A stretch of DNA of 64,000 nt from an uncultured Thermus sp. (GTDB lineage: Bacteria > Deinococcota > Deinococci > Deinococcales > Thermaceae), in assembly GCA_947085095.1 (NCBI GenBank), contig CAMTVD010000014.1:64001-128000 (forward strand). The letters are read 5' to 3'. Each line of letters starts with the position of its first letter. The first letter of the stretch is position 1. This document shows positions 62,777 through 64,000 of the stretch, in pieces. The notes beneath the pieces were generated by a model. It did not search any database. It had not been told where the DNA came from and saw only the letters and a program-made list of their open reading frames with translations. Position numbers and translations under genes: made by a program.

Positions 62777-63831
62777 AGGGCCTCCACAAGGCGCACGTAG
62801 TCTTGGCCCGCGGCCTCCACCTCCGAAAGGGGGATGGCCTCCTTCAGGGTGTGGGCCAGGGCGGGGTCCCCGGGGCCAAAGCCCAAAACCGGGGCCTTGG
62901 CCCCCAGGTAGGGGGCATCGGTGGTGAAGGGCCAAAGCCCGGCCTCCGTCTGCCCCAGGGCCTTGAGGGCCACTTGGAGGAGGGGGTGGTCAGGGGGGAG
63001 GCGGTAAGGGGGCCAGAGGGCGGGGATTACCATGCGCACCTCCCCCGAGGCCCGCTCCTCCTCGGGGACGTAGACCGAGGCGGTTCCCAAGGTCTTAAGG
63101 ATCTCCCAAAGCTTTTCCAGGTCCGCCTCCGGCTCGTAGCGCACGTCCAGGTAGAGGCGCACCACCCCTGGGGTCTGGTTGCGGGCCCCGGGGAAGGTGT
63201 CCACCCGGGTGGGGGTGAGCTTGAGGCCGGGAAGGGGGGGAAGCTCCCTCAAGGAGAGAAGGTAGTCCGCCAGGTCGTAGAGGGCGTTCTCCGGTCCCGA
63301 AAGGGCGGCGTGCCCTGCCTCCCCCTCAAAGTCCAAGAAGACCTCGGCCCGGCCCCGGTGCCCCCGCATGAGCCTGCGCCCCGAAGGCTCCCCCAGGATG
63401 AAGGCCAGGGGGGAAAGCCTCTTTGCGGCGTAGCGGCTCCCCAGGCCCCCCACCTCCTCCTGCACCGTGGCCAGGAAGCGCACCCGCCCCTTAAGGGGCC
63501 TTCCCTTCAGCTCTTCCAGGGCCAGGAGCATGGCCACCAGGGGGCCTTTCATGTCCACCGCCCCCCGGCCATAGACCAGCCCCCCCACAAGGGTCCCCTG
63601 GGGGTGGGGCCAGGCGGCCACGTCCCCGGCGGGGACCACGTCCAGGTGCCCGGCCAGGACCACCTCGGGCTCCTTTTCCCCCAGGAGGGCCTCCACGTTG
63701 CCCGCCTCGTCCAGCCCCGCCTCGAGGCCCATCCCCTTCAAGGCCTCCAAAAGGAGGGCCGCCGCCTCCCCCTCCTGCCCGGGGAGGCTTTCCGCCTGGA
63801 GGAGGCGGGAGAGGAGCCTGACCCAGTCCAC
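62761..63831 (-). CDS. M20 family metallo-hydrolase (ArgE/DapE/LysK-like)
   Basis: GHLDVVP, GRGAVDMKG, EEVGG, GEPS and AHT motifs. Confidence 0.9.
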   Translation of the reverse strand: MDWVRLLSRLLQAESLPGQEGEAAALLLEALKGMGLEAGLDEAGNVEALLGEKEPEVVLAGHLDVVPAGDVAAWPHPQGTLVGGLVYGRGAVDMKGPLVAMLLALEELKGRPLKGRVRFLATVQEEVGGLGSRYAAKRLSPLAFILGEPSGRRLMRGHRGRAEVFLDFEGEAGHAALSGPENALYDLADYLLSLRELPPLPGLKLTPTRVDTFPGARNQTPGVVRLYLDVRYEPEADLEKLWEILKTLGTASVYVPEEERASGEVRMVIPALWPPYRLPPDHPLLQVALKALGQTEAGLWPFTTDAPYLGAKAPVLGFGPGDPALAHTLKEAIPLSEVEAAGQDYVRLVEALWNAA

Positions 63832-63835
63832 GCCC

Positions 63836-64000
63836 CTATCCTACACCCCGGGCCAGAGCCGCCTGGTAGAGGGCGATGCCCAGGGCCACGGAGGCGTTCA
63901 AGGACTCGGCCTCGGGCCGGATGGGGATGCGGAAGAGCTCGTCGCAACTTTCCCTCACCAGCCTGCGCATCCCTTCCCCTTCCGAGCCCACCACCAGGGC
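63836..64000 (-). CDS. TrmH/RlmB family RNA methyltransferase (3' end only)
   Basis: Manual translation: [45 protein letters not shown]. Confidence 0.85.
   Translation of the reverse strand, partial: ALVVGSEGEGMRRLVRESCDELFRIPIRPEAESLNASVALGIALYQAALARGVG

Overview
GC-rich chromosomal window that looks like Thermus (Deinococcota), judged from recognisable orthologues (L28, AspC, IspG, FabI, SlpA, UvrB, Ndx1, FolE). Most of it is housekeeping: hrcA (partial), glnK-amtB, tgt, ispG, fabI, zapE-deoB-cdaA-cdaR-def-fmt, three tRNAs, trxB, glmS with its ribozyme divergent from slpA, uvrB, SRP RNA, rarA, typA and glucokinase. The standout is 52.7-61.5 kb: a six-gene operon of exported proteins with chaperone-usher/fimbria-like architecture. 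It encodes a putative major subunit followed by an internal terminator, an Ig-type chaperone, a minor subunit, a 1035-aa beta-rich outer-membrane protein and two lipoproteins. It faces a SARP/STAND-like activator, with an 11-bp-period tandem repeat just upstream of the operon's -10 box. Other notable items: an MNT-HEPN toxin-antitoxin pair bracketed by a perfect 37-bp in-frame direct repeat that overlaps the fabI 3' end; a DnaA-box cluster after the SRP RNA; an unannotated 24-aa ORF with a strong RBS; pervasive leaderless and back-to-back -10 promoters; and several probable pseudo-enzymes. No CRISPR array, transposase or integrase was seen. All product calls come from motif recognition by eye, with no database searches.
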